This document shows, piece by piece, positions 1 to 12,500 of a stretch of DNA of 64,000 bases. The stretch's first letter is position 1. Each line of letters begins with the position of its first letter. The notes below the pieces were generated by a model, which made no database searches, was not told where the DNA came from, and was given only the letters and a program-made list of their open reading frames with translations. Position numbers and translations under genes: made by a program. The DNA is from Minutocellus sp. GHC0000111. Its lineage: Eukaryota. The DNA is taken from contig OZ361257.1 in assembly GCA_977018835.1 (NCBI GenBank), forward strand, positions 62,001 to 126,000. Direction: 5' to 3'.

Positions 1-1201
1 TTGGCACCGTCGTTGTTTTTGCCTTGTTCGATGCCTTGGGCGTAGTGTCGCTAAAGACATTTGTGATCTGATCGTTGAAAAGATATTCCGACGACAACTC
101 CATTGACATGCATCCAGGTAGATAAGTCGGTCTGTTGTCCTTCTCGGTGTATTCGCTGGTGTACGATGAGGGCGTTGGTCTCAGATGGTTGCGATAAAAT
201 TCAATCTCTTCGATGCTATCAGTGGGATCGTTGGATAATTTGTGTTGCTCTACAATGTGGTTTCGTCGAATGTCGGCCCTGCGCAGTAGCAGAAAGGCAA
301 CGGCAAAGAAGCATGCGCCAAGGATTGCTCCTATGAGAAATATAGCTCGTTCTCCTGATCCAGCGGGCTGCGTGGAAGTGGCAGAGGTAATTTCGTTGAT
401 GATACCGGAGGTTGCCGTCGGCGCTGTACTTGGGCTTGATCGAAGGGGTGGGGCCTGCATCGTACGTGTTTTCGTTGGCATTGGCGTTGGTGTAGAGCTT
501 GGACGAGCAGAGGATGGCACGCCATAATCCTTAATATCATCATCTCGTGGAATGATACGTGCCGCGAATCCTTGCCCCTCCGAGAAGACGGCCACGGCAG
601 TTTGCAACTCAGATTCCAATAGCGAAGCACCAGGACTGCCTGAGTCCAATAGTGTGTTTATGAGATCATCAAGGAATATTCTTAGGAGGTCGTTGTTATC
701 ATTCTCTTCGATTCGCCTGCCGCCAAAGGATGGAGATATGGCACTGATCAGGTCAAAGTAGGCTGTAGCTTGTAGTCGAATCAGACTGCATGGGCACTGC
801 GGTGAAGCTTCTGAGCTTTCGTTCTCTTTCTCAATACTATCAAGCTCATGCGTGGGCAGCAGATCGACCTCAATGCTTTGGTACTGTCCAATGCGGACAG
901 CATCGCCGTTTGATGGTAGGGATAGATACGAACCGGCAAAGTGGTTGGTAAGGACCTCGTGGAGGGCAGCCTGCACAGTTTGTTGAGCTGATTTGATTGT
1001 GCTGGGTGTGAGCATTGGATTCGTTGTCCACGGATGATATAGCTGCAACTGAAAGGGCGAGGAATTGACTTGCAGGGTACTTTCTTCTTCGTTTTGGGTG
1101 GCATCATTGCTCGGATACGATCGTTCGTCGTTGGACCAGGCATGGCAGGTTGAGGCGAAGATCAAAAGGATTATCGATACCAGAACGGCGTTGTGAATCA
1201 T
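1..1201 (-). CDS. Type I membrane protein (signal peptide, Pro/Thr/Ser stalk, one TM helix); 3' end runs off the window
   Basis: Manual translation from ATG at 1201: MIHNAVLVSIILLIFASTCHAWS...AIFLIGAILGACFFAVAFLLLRR...; open to base 1. Absent from the ORF track, probably because it has no stop in the window. Confidence 0.75.
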   Translation of the reverse strand, partial: MIHNAVLVSIILLIFASTCHAWSNDERSYPSNDATQNEEESTLQVNSSPFQLQLYHPWTTNPMLTPSTIKSAQQTVQAALHEVLTNHFAGSYLSLPSNGDAVRIGQYQSIEVDLLPTHELDSIEKENESSEASPQCPCSLIRLQATAYFDLISAISPSFGGRRIEENDNNDLLRIFLDDLINTLLDSGSPGASLLESELQTAVAVFSEGQGFAARIIPRDDDIKDYGVPSSARPSSTPTPMPTKTRTMQAPPLRSSPSTAPTATSGIINEITSATSTQPAGSGERAIFLIGAILGACFFAVAFLLLRRADIRRNHIVEQHKLSNDPTDSIEEIEFYRNHLRPTPSSYTSEYTEKDNRPTYLPGCMSMELSSEYLFNDQITNVFSDTTPKASNKAKTTTVP

Positions 1202-1994
1202 CACGTGACGGGTGGAATTGGCATTGATGTTCACAGAGATGGCCGGGGATGGCGGTATAAATTGATACTGTTGTTATTGGTCTACACTTACAGATAGATG
1301 GCAGGTCTGGCAGGGATGATTGAGACGACCGACCGACTGGCGACAACTCCTTCCTCCTCCCCTCCCCATTCCTTTCTTCCACGCTTGGTAGGCCTAGCTA
1401 GGATTGTGTGTGCAAACATGATAAAATTGCCCACTAGGTAGCTCTAGAAATCTAGAAGAGATAGCTCTAGCGAGTAGATCTACCGGTACTAAACCTGCTA
1501 TTCAAGATTCACACTCACTTCGCTCTTCTTCCCCTGATTTGCGCCCGCTGTTTTGCTCGGCTGCAAACCTCGCCGCATATCGGCGACGTTTCTTCCCGGC
1601 ACCCTCACACACCGCCCCCCAGCCCAGCGGCGACCGGCCACTTGCTCGTTCTGCTCCTTCTGCTCTGCACTTGCGGCGGAGGTCGTATCTATCCGACCCC
1701 TGCCCGACCTCCGCTTTCTCTTGTTGATTGAGAAAGTGCGCATCATAAGATACCACCGGAGAAGGAATTGCTTGACTTTGCTGTGCCGTATCCTCTTTTT
1801 CAACTGAAGAAAAAGCAGCACGTGCCGTGCGCTGCCGGAAACAAAACCTGCCTCTCGGCGAGGTTCCGAGCTGGGTAGAGCCGTCCATCCCAACAGCCCC
1901 AGGGAACCGGACGAACCCAACCAACCAGGGGCACTAACCAACGCCGTCCCTCCCATCCATAAACCGGCACATACTAGTACCAAATTGATAAACC

Positions 1995-4900
1995 ATGGGC
2001 GCTGGATCCGGCTCCGGCAGCCACAACGACTACGGCGGCGGCGGTGATCTGATGACCGAGCAGATGCACACGTTATTGGAAATGCTCCGCGCCGCCAAGG
2101 CCGACGACATGGCCGCCCTGGAGGAAGCCGAGTCCCGCGCTCTACAGACCAAGGACCACATGCGGCGGTTGGAACGGGAGCGAAAACACAATGGTGACGC
2201 CCATCATCGACGGGGTGGCAGTGGCAATGGCCATGGCCGACCAGCGATGCAGGGGGCCGACGAGTCCGTGCAGATTGCCCGGGCGGAGAAGGAGGCCGCC
2301 CGACGGCAGCAGCGGTTCGAGGCGCGGCAGCGCGAGTACGTGGCGCAGCAGCAGCAGCAGCAATACGACGGGCAATATGACGACCAAGAAGAAAAAGAGA
2401 AGGATCGGCACGAAGTCTAGGAGTGGGAGGAGGATTCCCGCGACATGACCAGAACGGGGGATTCCACCGATCTGACCCGGGCGACGTACGAGATGGCCCG
2501 GACGGTCGACCTCGAAGAAGCCAAGGCCCAGGCGGCCGCGCAAGATGCCAACCTCTCTGGAAAATCCAACGAGTCCGATCGCTCCGGAAGGCATCGCCGG
2601 CTGGCCGAGGACATGGCCGCCCTCCGCCTCGACGCCGGACACGGACAATATGCAGAAGAGGAGAGGCGCCGCTCAAACCGCCGGCTCCGTCCCGATACGG
2701 TCAGGGCGGGGGGGGAATCTCGGCGCCGATCCGACGGGGGCCGGTCCGCCGACGATGTCGAGAGGCGCGCCCAGCAGCGAGACCAGCGGCAGCGCCACAC
2801 CCGCCGAAGTTATGACGACCAGCCCCTCGAGCCGCACCGACCCTCGGAGCGGGTGCCGGAAACTTCCACCCACGGAGAAGGAGGAGGGGGGAGCAAGACC
2901 ACCGCTTCCAATGATTGGGGGGAGAGGCAGGCCGAGGCGTACATCCAACAGGACGACGATGGTGTGGAACCATACGAAATGGAGGAAGACGAGCTGTCGC
3001 ACCACACCCGGGAAGAGATGGGACCGCCCATATCCCTCGAGGACGAGGAGCAGGCCTACCGCTACCAGCAGCAGGCTCAGTTGGCGGCCAGGGAGGCCCG
3101 AAGAGAGGATCGCAAGGAGCAGTCGTCGTCCAACGTCGATGCCGACATTCAGAGCCGGGTTCTGCGGCAGCTGGAGAACGACGAGGGAGAGTACTACGAC
3201 GAAGACGGGGGTGGAGAATATTACGACGAAGACGAGGACGACTATTACGATTCCGACGAATCCTCGGAAATCAGCGGCATTACCAGCCCGACCTTTGCCA
3301 CGTACATGGATCCGCCGACCGTGTGCGACGACGGCAGCATCATTTCCAGGGGGGTCCGGTACGCCGCCAGCAGTCGCTTCGCCAACATGACGGCCGCGCA
3401 GGTGGCCGCCTTGGCCAATCGGCGGGTCAACGATCGCCATCGGGCCGACGGGCGGAGCGTCACGTCGGAGGACGAGAATGCCCAGGAACTTTTGAGGCGG
3501 TTGGACACGTCCGGTACCGGGGGTGGGGAGGGTGCTGGGGTGGGTGGGGAAGGGGCTGCCCTGGGCCCCGGCGCCAGCGAGGCCGAGAAGCGCCGGCTGG
3601 CCCGGGAGGAGGAGCCGGAACCGTCGCTGGCCCCGCCGTCCATGGCGGGCTTGGGCAACGACAGCGGCCATATCCAACCGCCGTCGTCGCGGGAGATCAA
3701 GCGGCAGCAGCAGGAGCTGGCGGCGGCCCAGCAGGCCGCGGCGGCCGCCGAACGGGAGGCCCAGCAGGAGCTGGCGCGGTTGCTGGAGCAGCAGCAAAAG
3801 CAGAAGGCCCAGGTCGAGGCGGCCATCGCCGCGGCGGAACGGCGGCGGGAGGAAGACGAGCGGATCGAGGCCGAGAAGCGCCGCAAGGCCGAGGAGGAGG
3901 AGGCCCTCCACAAGGCCGACCAGGAGGCCCGCGACAAGGCCCGGGCGCGGCAGAAGGAACGTCGCGAAAGACAGCGGAGGGAGATTGCCGAACGGCAGGA
4001 GAAGCAGCGCCGTCTCGAGGAGGAGAGGATGCAGCAGCAGATGCAGCAGGCCATCGACGAGCAAGATATGCAGCAACAGCAGGCTACTGAGGAGGAGGAT
4101 AAGGACGATGTCGCTCCTCCCGTCGTCACTCAATGGTCGACCTCGCCCACTCCTCCAGGGCGTAAGGAACGACCGGTCGGTAAGTCGGTACGGCCGGCAA
4201 GACCACCACCGAGTCAAGATCCCACGAGACGTCCTGGTCAACGCCCGGCTCCTCCACCAGCTGGGACGAAGGGTAGTCAGCATCCATCTCGAAGACCACC
4301 ACCAAGACGCCCCGGCCAACCTGGCCCGCCTGGTGCACGGCCAGGTCCTCCAGGACCGGGTCAGCCAAGTCAGCGCCCCGACAGGGCTCGCCGTCAGACA
4401 TCTGTCCCTCGCGATGGTCAACAGCCGCGAGCAGCAACTCGAAAGCCCGGCGAAGCCCGGCCCGGCGGTGCTGCCCCCGGCGATAAGAACAGCCGCCCAA
4501 TGTCGTCAGACAAGCCCGAGAAGAACAAGCGGCGCTCGGCTCTCGGAACCCTCCTCAAGGCCAAGACCAAGTTCAAGGCCGCCGCAGCCAATGCTCAGGC
4601 GACTGGTGGTGAGACATCTCCCCATGCATCTCATTCGTCTCGGACCGCAAGAGCCTCGGGAGGTGCCGGGACACGTCCGAGGGCAAGCCAACGCGACCCT
4701 ACTCGCAAAAGCCTTCTCTCGTCTTCGGCCGCGCCCTCCTCGCCAGGTCGTAGACCAGCCGGTAGATCAACCCAGAGAGATCGAGCCAGGCCGACGAGAG
4801 GCATGGCCCGAGCTGAGTCGGCAGCATGGAAACAGCCTCTCCGAGAGGAACATATGGAAAAGAATCTCAATCCAAATGACGATTCGAACAATCTCGACGT

Positions 4901-5819
4901 CGACAACCTGATGTCAACGATGGGCCAAGATATCGACTACATCTTCCGGGAACTCAGTACCTTTGAACAGGGCCAACAGAAGAAGGCAGTAGGAGGAACC
5001 GATCTGCCGGCGAATCCATCACCGAGAATCGGTGGAAGCGACTCCTCCGATAGCGACGAACAAAGTCTCATTGCTACTGCAAAAATCAAATACACTCTCG
5101 GCCAGCTTTCCAGTACGTTGAAACAAGACGAGAAAAGACCGCGCGCATCGAGCAACGCCGACCCCCTCTTGATCGACGAAGACGGTTTCTTGGTTCAGGG
5201 AGGAAATCAACCTTCTTCCGATGATGCCTTTGGAGCATCTAGCTTTGCTGGTCAACCCAACGAAGACAAGAATCGAAGGTCAAAACGATCCGAATTGCTC
5301 GCCGCCAAGCGTAAGGAGCTTCAAGGATACCAAAAGCTTCGACAGAACAGTCTGCGAAGAATGAGGGGCGGCGTTAATGCTGACGATGAGCGAGACAACC
5401 AAACGCTTGCTACCACCGAAGTAGAAGCCGATGTGCGCAATCGGGTGATGGCCCTAGCAGCGGGCAAGACCGGTAAGAATGACGACGAAAGCTCGGTGGG
5501 CCTGATACCGAGCGGTGTGCCTGACCTCGACAAGGGGGAGCGCAACTTTAGTACCATCAATTATGACGACGACGACGATCTCTCCAAGATTGACGCCGTT
5601 GAAGCAGCGACCAAGAAGAGGATTGAGATGCTACGTCGTGTGGTGGCAGAAAAGGCTGTGCAGCTTTCCGCTGCCGACAACAAGGGCGGAAGAGGCGGTG
5701 CTCATCATCCTGAAGACGATGAATTGACGACCAAGCTTGACTTTGTTGAGGAAGAGACAATGAAGCAAATTTCAAGGCTTCGGAAGAGGTACAAGAGCAC
5801 GAGGAATATGGAGACTTAA
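1995..5819 (+). CDS. Large low-complexity/coiled-coil protein (~1274 codons) interrupted by one in-frame TAG at 2418-2420
   Basis: ORFs 1995..2420 and 2445..5819 share a frame; the sequence reads ...RHEV*EWEEDSRDMTR...; E/Q/R-rich coiled-coil and P-rich segments. Confidence 0.7.
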
Positions 5820-5951
5820 ACATTTAAACTTTATATGTTGTACAAAAATTTCGTGGCCCTTTTGTTTTAAATTTATTTATAGATGAGGAGTAATGTGTAC
5901 GTGCAAAGCCCGGGATAACTTCCCCGTGGTACATGAATACGAATGAAAATT

Positions 5952-7610
5952 CTATAGCTCCCCGGCTAGTCTACTTGATACTTGCCGTGATAGGAAATTG
6001 ATTTTGGATTCTCTCACAGCCACGCCACTTTCCACCTTTTGTCGATAGCTGTCTTCTGCCCGAAGCTCTGGCCACGGCTGATGTAGAGTCCCAAATCTTG
6101 TAGAAGTGCATGCATCATCTGCCGGTGGCATCGGCGTTGGTGATTCCAGCTTTTCGTTGTCGATTGCGGCTGCGCGATTCGATGGTATTGAGTGGTTGGA
6201 CGATGATTCCAATGGCGAAGATCCGTCCCTTGCAGGCATATTCATGTGTTGAGATGAAATGGACGATGATGCCTTCACATTTATTTCTTGGGGTATTTCA
6301 AGAGGCACGGACGGCGACTTGCCTCTTTTTACTTTGTTCTGCCGATGGACTGTAGACATCGTATGGGCGGCCTCACTTCAGCTGGCTTTGCTCTTGCTGG
6401 CAACCGTTCCATTCTCGTTGGGAGTCTCTACGATGATTTCCAGTCCGACCATGCCCATGCTCGCTCGTTTGGTAGGGCGGTGTCCTTTACCAGATGGTGC
6501 CTGACATGAACCTTGAGCGTCCATGCTGGTAATCTCGACAGAATGCTCGGAGTTTACACATGAAGAGTTGGACATGCTCGGTCGCCTGGCCATGTTATCA
6601 GAACATTTGGCTTCATGCGAGTCTTGGTATGTGGCCATGATTGCCTCTGGGGTTCCAACAGCTCTAGTAGAGGCCGCGGGGGTGTCCAGGCTAAATTGAG
6701 GAAAGGAAGAGCCAAGGGACTCGCTGATTCCATCCGTAGTGGATTCGGTGCACTCGCTTGCCAGGTTGGCAGATATTTGCTTGACGAACGAGAACTGCTT
6801 GACAAAACTTGTGATGCTTCCCGAACGTTGCATGATAGCATCGTTGCAGCTATTATTCTGTTCGCACTTTTCATGTTGTAATGGCATCTCAAAGGATGAG
6901 AACGACGATTCGTTTGCCGATTCGTTCTTCTTCTTGTCCTTTCGGAACGATGCTGCTATGTCGTCCAAGACAGCTTGATTCAGCTCGCTTTCCCATTCGA
7001 TATTTTGGCCCAGGTGACCGGACATGGCCTCGAAGGCGGCGCTACTGTGGTGATTTGTGGCTTCTGTTGCCATGTCTGCAGAGACTGGGACTGGGTGTGC
7101 ATGCTGGTACCGCATATTTGCGTTGCTCCTGGTGGTCGTCTTGCTACTCTCGGCTACAATCTCTTGAAGGGCGGCAAGGTTCGTCGTGGCTACTCTTCTT
7201 CGCCCGCTCTTTCTCCGAGTGCTCTGCTCTCGATAGTACTCTGCGAGATGTGACGGCAATGGAATTTCATTCACGTGTTCGCCAACGATATCTTCGGCGT
7301 CTATTTCGTCGTTCAGAGCGAGATCGCCCAACGCTTCGAGTAGCGACTGCTTCACCTGAGACTGTCGAGTTGCGAAGCTGCTGGACTTTCCACTTGTTTT
7401 CATATTCTGATGCGACGACAAATTTTCCAGATCGCATGTTCTGGGCGCAATGTTGAACGCATCTGGCGGTGCCGATCGGCGAAGTGCGTTGCTCTCTCGG
7501 TCTCGCTGACGATTGGAGAAACTCGACCTCGTCTTTCTGCTCAGATTCGACAGACCGCCGACGCTTTCGACGATGTCCATCCACTCCTCCATAACTCGTG
7601 AAGCTTCCAT
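5952..7610 (-). CDS. Ser-rich disordered protein of unknown function with one in-frame TGA at 6378-6380
   Basis: ORFs 6378..7610 and 5952..6359 share a frame: ...SKSKAS*SEAAHTMSTVH... Confidence 0.6.
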
Positions 7611-7840
7611 GGCATGGATTGGAGGGCCTTGTTTGTAGTGATATATACGAAGAATATTTTATATCTCTCCAATCCCGAGTCGTCCGACGTTGATTTGATG
7701 GGAGGATTTATGTTATGAGATCAAACGACGTCAATCGAGTTCTACTTGCCTACTTTCTCCTGCAATTCGACTTTGCTTCAGCGCTTCAGCAGGATGACTC
7801 TGGATGGAATGAACTGTTGTCTCAATGTATGTACAGTCAA

Positions 7841-7974
7841 GCAGCAGCATAACACAATATCAAAGTTACTTCATGTGATGCGATAGGCCGGCCATGAGCC
7901 TCTGAAAGCAGCAGCATAACACAATATCAAAGTTACTTCATGTGATGCGATAGGCCGGCCATGAGCCTCTGAAA
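7841..7974. repeat. Perfect 67-bp tandem duplication
   Basis: gcagcagcataac...gcctctgaaa at 7841-7907 and 7908-7974, with AAG microhomology at the junctions. Confidence 0.95.
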
Positions 7975-8330
7975 GTGGTGAGGGCGAGAGTCAGAGGGAT
8001 GTTCCCATTCACAGTTTGGAGATTCTCACAGTCACGGATATCTCGCGGGAAAGTGCGGGGCTTGCAATAGCCTCTTGTCAAGATTGTCCGAAATTGGAGA
8101 CGGAGAGCGAAGTCCGAGAGATGGCGTCTGACACAAATTTCCGCGAGATGATGCAGAGCCGATTCGATTCATGATTCGATTCCGGTTCGAAGCAGCAAGC
8201 CAGTCGACTGCTACATGTACCTTATTTCTAATCCACGCATGTAGTTATACGGAAAGTGCTGCATCTAATAGTCTAATGTCTAACACACATTATTGTCGAA
8301 CTTCGGCACGTCATCGCCCGTCAACTGCAT

Positions 8331-9071
8331 TCACCCCAGCCCTGGCGGCACACCCTCGGCCGCCGGCAAATTCCTTCCTCCGTTCAACCTCCTGATGTGC
8401 CCCCCGAGCTCACAGGGCGTTTCCACACCCACATGCCACCATGGTTTCGGTGGTATCACCACAACGCCCATCACATCCTCAAAGACCGCCTCGACAAACG
8501 ACGCGCAGTTGTTCCACGGAGTCCAACCCGTGAACCTTTGCGATTCCATCTCGATGGATTTGGCCAGTCTGATGTTTTGTGCCTCATCCAATTGCCGACA
8601 ATGAATGTAGGGATATTTGTCGACGGACCATGCATCTCTTGCAAAGTTGTGTCTCACGTCGGATCCTCCCAATACATTGCTTAGCCCAGCGTCGATGGTG
8701 TCGTCATTGAGATCGGGCCAGAGTCCCCACGTGTCGATTGTTGGTTCGGCGTTACCGGTAGTTTGAGTTGGCGTTGTTACACGCATCAGAGCGGCATGGC
8801 CCTGATCCCGCCACAGCTGCTCGCACTTGCCCCCCTTGGCGAATTCACTGTAGATGCACATATGGTGCTGGCGCATGCTGTCGGTGGTGGATTGCGTTTG
8901 CCGCTGGTTTTGCTGCTGGAACAACGACGAAGCCGACGATGACGCATGCGGCTCGGCGTCGTCTTCGCCTACTTTGTGTGCTTGTTCATTTCGGGACCGG
9001 ACATGATTTTGTGCATCAGCGGAAGAAAACGCTGCGGCGCCCAAGACCAGCGCGGATACCTTGCGCTTCAT
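8331..9071 (-). CDS. Secreted protein with a putative permuted papain-like (His...Cys) catalytic domain
   Basis: Signal peptide MKRKVSALVLGAAAFSSADA; motifs GHAAL, TWGLWPD, WNNCASFV, ETPCELG. Confidence 0.6.
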   Translation of the reverse strand: MKRKVSALVLGAAAFSSADAQNHVRSRNEQAHKVGEDDAEPHASSSASSLFQQQNQRQTQSTTDSMRQHHMCIYSEFAKGGKCEQLWRDQGHAALMRVTTPTQTTGNAEPTIDTWGLWPDLNDDTIDAGLSNVLGGSDVRHNFARDAWSVDKYPYIHCRQLDEAQNIRLAKSIEMESQRFTGWTPWNNCASFVEAVFEDVMGVVVIPPKPWWHVGVETPCELGGHIRRLNGGRNLPAAEGVPPGLG

Positions 9072-9432
9072 GTTGCCGTCCCGCCGTCGATTTATTGGCC
9101 TGACTGCTAGCGTACGCCTACTCTGCGGCCGGTGCGCCATGCTGGTCACAACTTGTGACAATTTTTGAATGAATTACCCCTAAAATTCTTTTATTCCGGG
9201 ATTTTCCCATAAATATGGTTTGAGATGCGACCAAACCAAATCCTTTGCAGACACCGGCGCCTGCTTCGTCAGCCGTCGAAAGTTCAACTTGCCGCGGCGG
9301 CATGCGACGGCGACGTCCTCCAGCAACGAAGCCCATCGATCGATCCTCCAAGCAAGCATTGAATACCAGAGCGGAAGATACACACCACTTCTCTCTTTCA
9401 TTCACTTATATAAATCAGTTTACAACTATAAA

Positions 9433-10940
9433 ATGGCCAAGTTCAGCGTCCCCGCTCTTGCTCTGGCGCTTGCCGTCTCCGCCTCGTCGGCCAACGCCTT
9501 CGTCGCCCCATCGGTTCCTTCGGTAGCCCAGCATGCTGCTGCTGCCAGCACCGCCCTCGCCTCGTCGGCGGTCCTGGAGGCCCCGCCCCTCTCCCCCGAA
9601 ACCGCCTGGGGTCAGCCCATCGGCAACATCCGCGACGTCCAGTCCGCCTACCGCTCCACTCCCGCACCGGAATTCGCTCCCACAATCTCCGCCAAGGACC
9701 TCGGCCTCGACCCCACCGACACCGCCGCCCAGCTCCAGTACTTCCAGGACAATGCCGCCGACATCAAGAACAAGATGGAGGAAGGCGGCGCCGTCATCTT
9801 TCGGGATTTCGATCTGATGAAGAGCCAGGAGGGATTCCAGGCCATGTACGGCGCGCTCGGCATGAAGGTCTGTTTGGATCCGTTGCACAGCGTGAGTGCC
9901 CGACCCACCGTCGATGGACAGAAGAACAGCCCCGTCTACGAGGCCGTGAACAAGGAGAGCCGTAAGAACTTCTTCATTGGTAAGTCTTTGGTGGTGTAGA
10001 ACTCGATGATGCAGGTGTCGGCGCTTTGGGGTTTGCATCTCGTATCTTTTCTACGGCAAAATCAAGCACAGCATGTGCTGCAAATGCAAATTATGTGCTT
10101 CTTTTGCAAATTTCTTAAAATATCTTTCTCATACCCATATCACATCACATTCCAACGCATTACCACCATATGCCAGGCATGCACAATGAGTTCGTCGGCA
10201 CTCGTGCTCCCCGCGCGGCCGCCTTTGTCTGCTTCAAGGCCGCCGAGGAGGACGGCGAGTTCCTCATCGCCGACGGTCGGGCCATGTTCCGCGATTTGAA
10301 TCCCGACCTCGTCGAGAAGCTGTACGATCGATCCATCCGCTATTCCGTCATGGAGCTGCCCTTCTTCGGGTGGATCGACGGTCTTCCCGAGCCCGTCCAG
10401 GGACCCGTCATGGGTGCCATCAAGGGACTGGCCAGTGCCGCCATCAATGCCAAGGTGGACTTCTCCGTCGACCTTCGATGGGGTGAGGGCGGATACGACA
10501 ATATCAAAATGCTCCAGGCACGGGCACCGTCCCAGCCCCCCATCGTCCGCCATCCTGTCACTGGTGAGCCCACCTGGTTCTGCAACGTCCACTCCCACTC
10601 CTCCAAGCTGCGCAAGGATCGGGAGGGCAAGTACGGCGCCGAGCGATTCGAGGATGGGGCCTCGCAGATCAACAAGTCGGACATGTTCTTTGGCGATGAT
10701 GGGGATATTTCCGATGCCGATTTGGAGCACATGGACGAGGTGACCATGAAGAATGTCAAGTTTGTCAAAATGACCGAGGGCGACGTGGTGTTGCTGGACA
10801 ACTACAAGTGCATGCACGGCCGGAATGTGTTCGATGGCACCCGAAAGCACGGCGTGGCATGGTTCGAGGGATGGGAAGGCGAGGACTCGCAGCGAGCGAC
10901 CGCCAAGCCCCTCGAGGAGCAGATCGGACAGGTGGCATGA
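9433..10940 (+). CDS. Plastid-targeted TauD/TfdA (clavaminate synthase-like) Fe(II)/2-oxoglutarate dioxygenase; exons 9433-9979, 10177-10940
   Basis: Presequence ...SASSANA-FVAP; GAVIFRDF, HNE (HxE) and LLDNYKCMHGR metal-binding motifs; GTAAGT...CAG intron joins the exons in frame. Confidence 0.88.
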
Positions 10941-11003
10941 ATCGAGATGAATTCTTCATAAATGCATTTTCTATTAGACGTGTTACAAAGAAATAGACGA
11001 GTA

Positions 11004-11772
11004 TTACTCATCCACATTTTTTCCAGACTTGACGAGAAATTCAACAAGAAGTTGTCTGGTATAACTGCCAAGACTATTGACACTAATGCAAACTACTTCC
11101 ACTCCAAATGAGGAGTCGAGATATAACTTCAGGAAGTCGAAATAGTCCGCTTGATTGTCGACAAGGAAATTTAGGTGCTTGTCCTTGTCTTTTCCGGTGT
11201 TTCTCCAAGTAAAATCGATGCTCAATGAAGAGGAGAATCCTGGGGACGGATTACAATTTTTTACTTCTGTGATGATGCTTTCGTAGATGACGCGAGCCGC
11301 ACGAAAACCTTGAATGCGATTGCAAACATCTTTCTTCTGGTCTTTCAACTCTTGAAGTGTCCTTTCCGCCTGTTCGATCTCCTCCGACAATCCGTGTTCT
11401 TCTTCTACCAGATTTCCAAGAGCTTTCTCTGATGAGGTCATCGTATTAAGAAAGAGTGAGTTGACATCTGGCACTTCAACGTTGTCATAATTGATGCGAT
11501 CCTCTGGATCAACGCCGTAATACATCAATTACAGCTTTTTTGGAGACGTTGAGGGGAAGAGCAACTTTGCCATCTCGGAGATAGTCAAGCAAATACTTGA
11601 ATCGGGCACCGTCCCGCTCAATGTAGACCTCACCATTATCGGCAATGCTTTGTTGCCATTCTTCACTAATCATCCGGGTAATCATCACGTCAGGGTGGGC
11701 TTCAAGGAGAGACCGGGCCACTTCATACCTCGTCCCACCGACATTGAACTTAACCGTTCCTTTGTTGGTCAT
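11004..11772 (-). pseudogene. KCTD-type BTB/POZ domain protein with coiled coil, frameshifted near 11525
   Basis: VKFNVGGTRYEVARSLL...IERDGARFKYLLDYLRDG (BTB); the continuation YYGVD is in another frame. Confidence 0.7.
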
Positions 11773-12127
11773 CGTCAGGGAGTAATAAAGGACAATGAAT
11801 AACTAAAAAGAGTCCAAAAAAAAAAGGATACGCAGATTCTTGAGCCTCGCCGAAAAGTCAGGCGTGTGGAAACTCCTACAGGGCTACAGTGCAGTGCAGT
11901 GTTTAGCGTGGAATTGATTGTCTAGAAATTCAATATCTGAACACATGCAAATTCAATTGTAACGTAAAGAATTGGATAATCATTCTGAATTTTCAGAATA
12001 AGAAGCCCCTGTCGAGTCAAAGTATGTACAAACGCAAGAACAACACCCACCATTGCCTCTTCAATCATCATTGATTTTCACCGGCATTCCCCTGATCGAT
12101 CTCGCCCAGCAATCGATTTGGAACAAC

Positions 12128-12176
12128 GGCGTCCGTCGGAAGGGCGACGCGACGCGTCGCCCTTCCGACAGATGCC
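12128..12176. repeat. GC-rich inverted repeat (17-bp perfect arms, 1-nt spacer)
   Basis: gtcggaagggcgacgcg-a-cgcgtcgcccttccgac at 12135-12169, extendable with imperfect pairs. Confidence 0.9.
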
Positions 12177-12500
12177 TCTGACATCAGAAAGAAAATGCTT
12201 ATTTCCGCAGCAAAGGGAGTGGCGTCTTGGTCTTGCTTCGCATTTCCTCAAGGCAGACCGAATGAAAATAGTCTTGGTCTGATACGCCATAAACAATTGA
12301 TTTACAAAAATACTTCAATGTATGACCTGACAGTCTTGGTCATGGAGGTCGATTCGGGCAAATATTCCGCACTTCATTCAAACTTTCTCAATCTAGTGGG
12401 GACGGACTGGAGCTCATAAAACGAGAAATCTATAAAACGAAACAAACCGAACAAACTCTTGAAATAAAGAACAAACCCATTATATTTTTGTATATCAATA

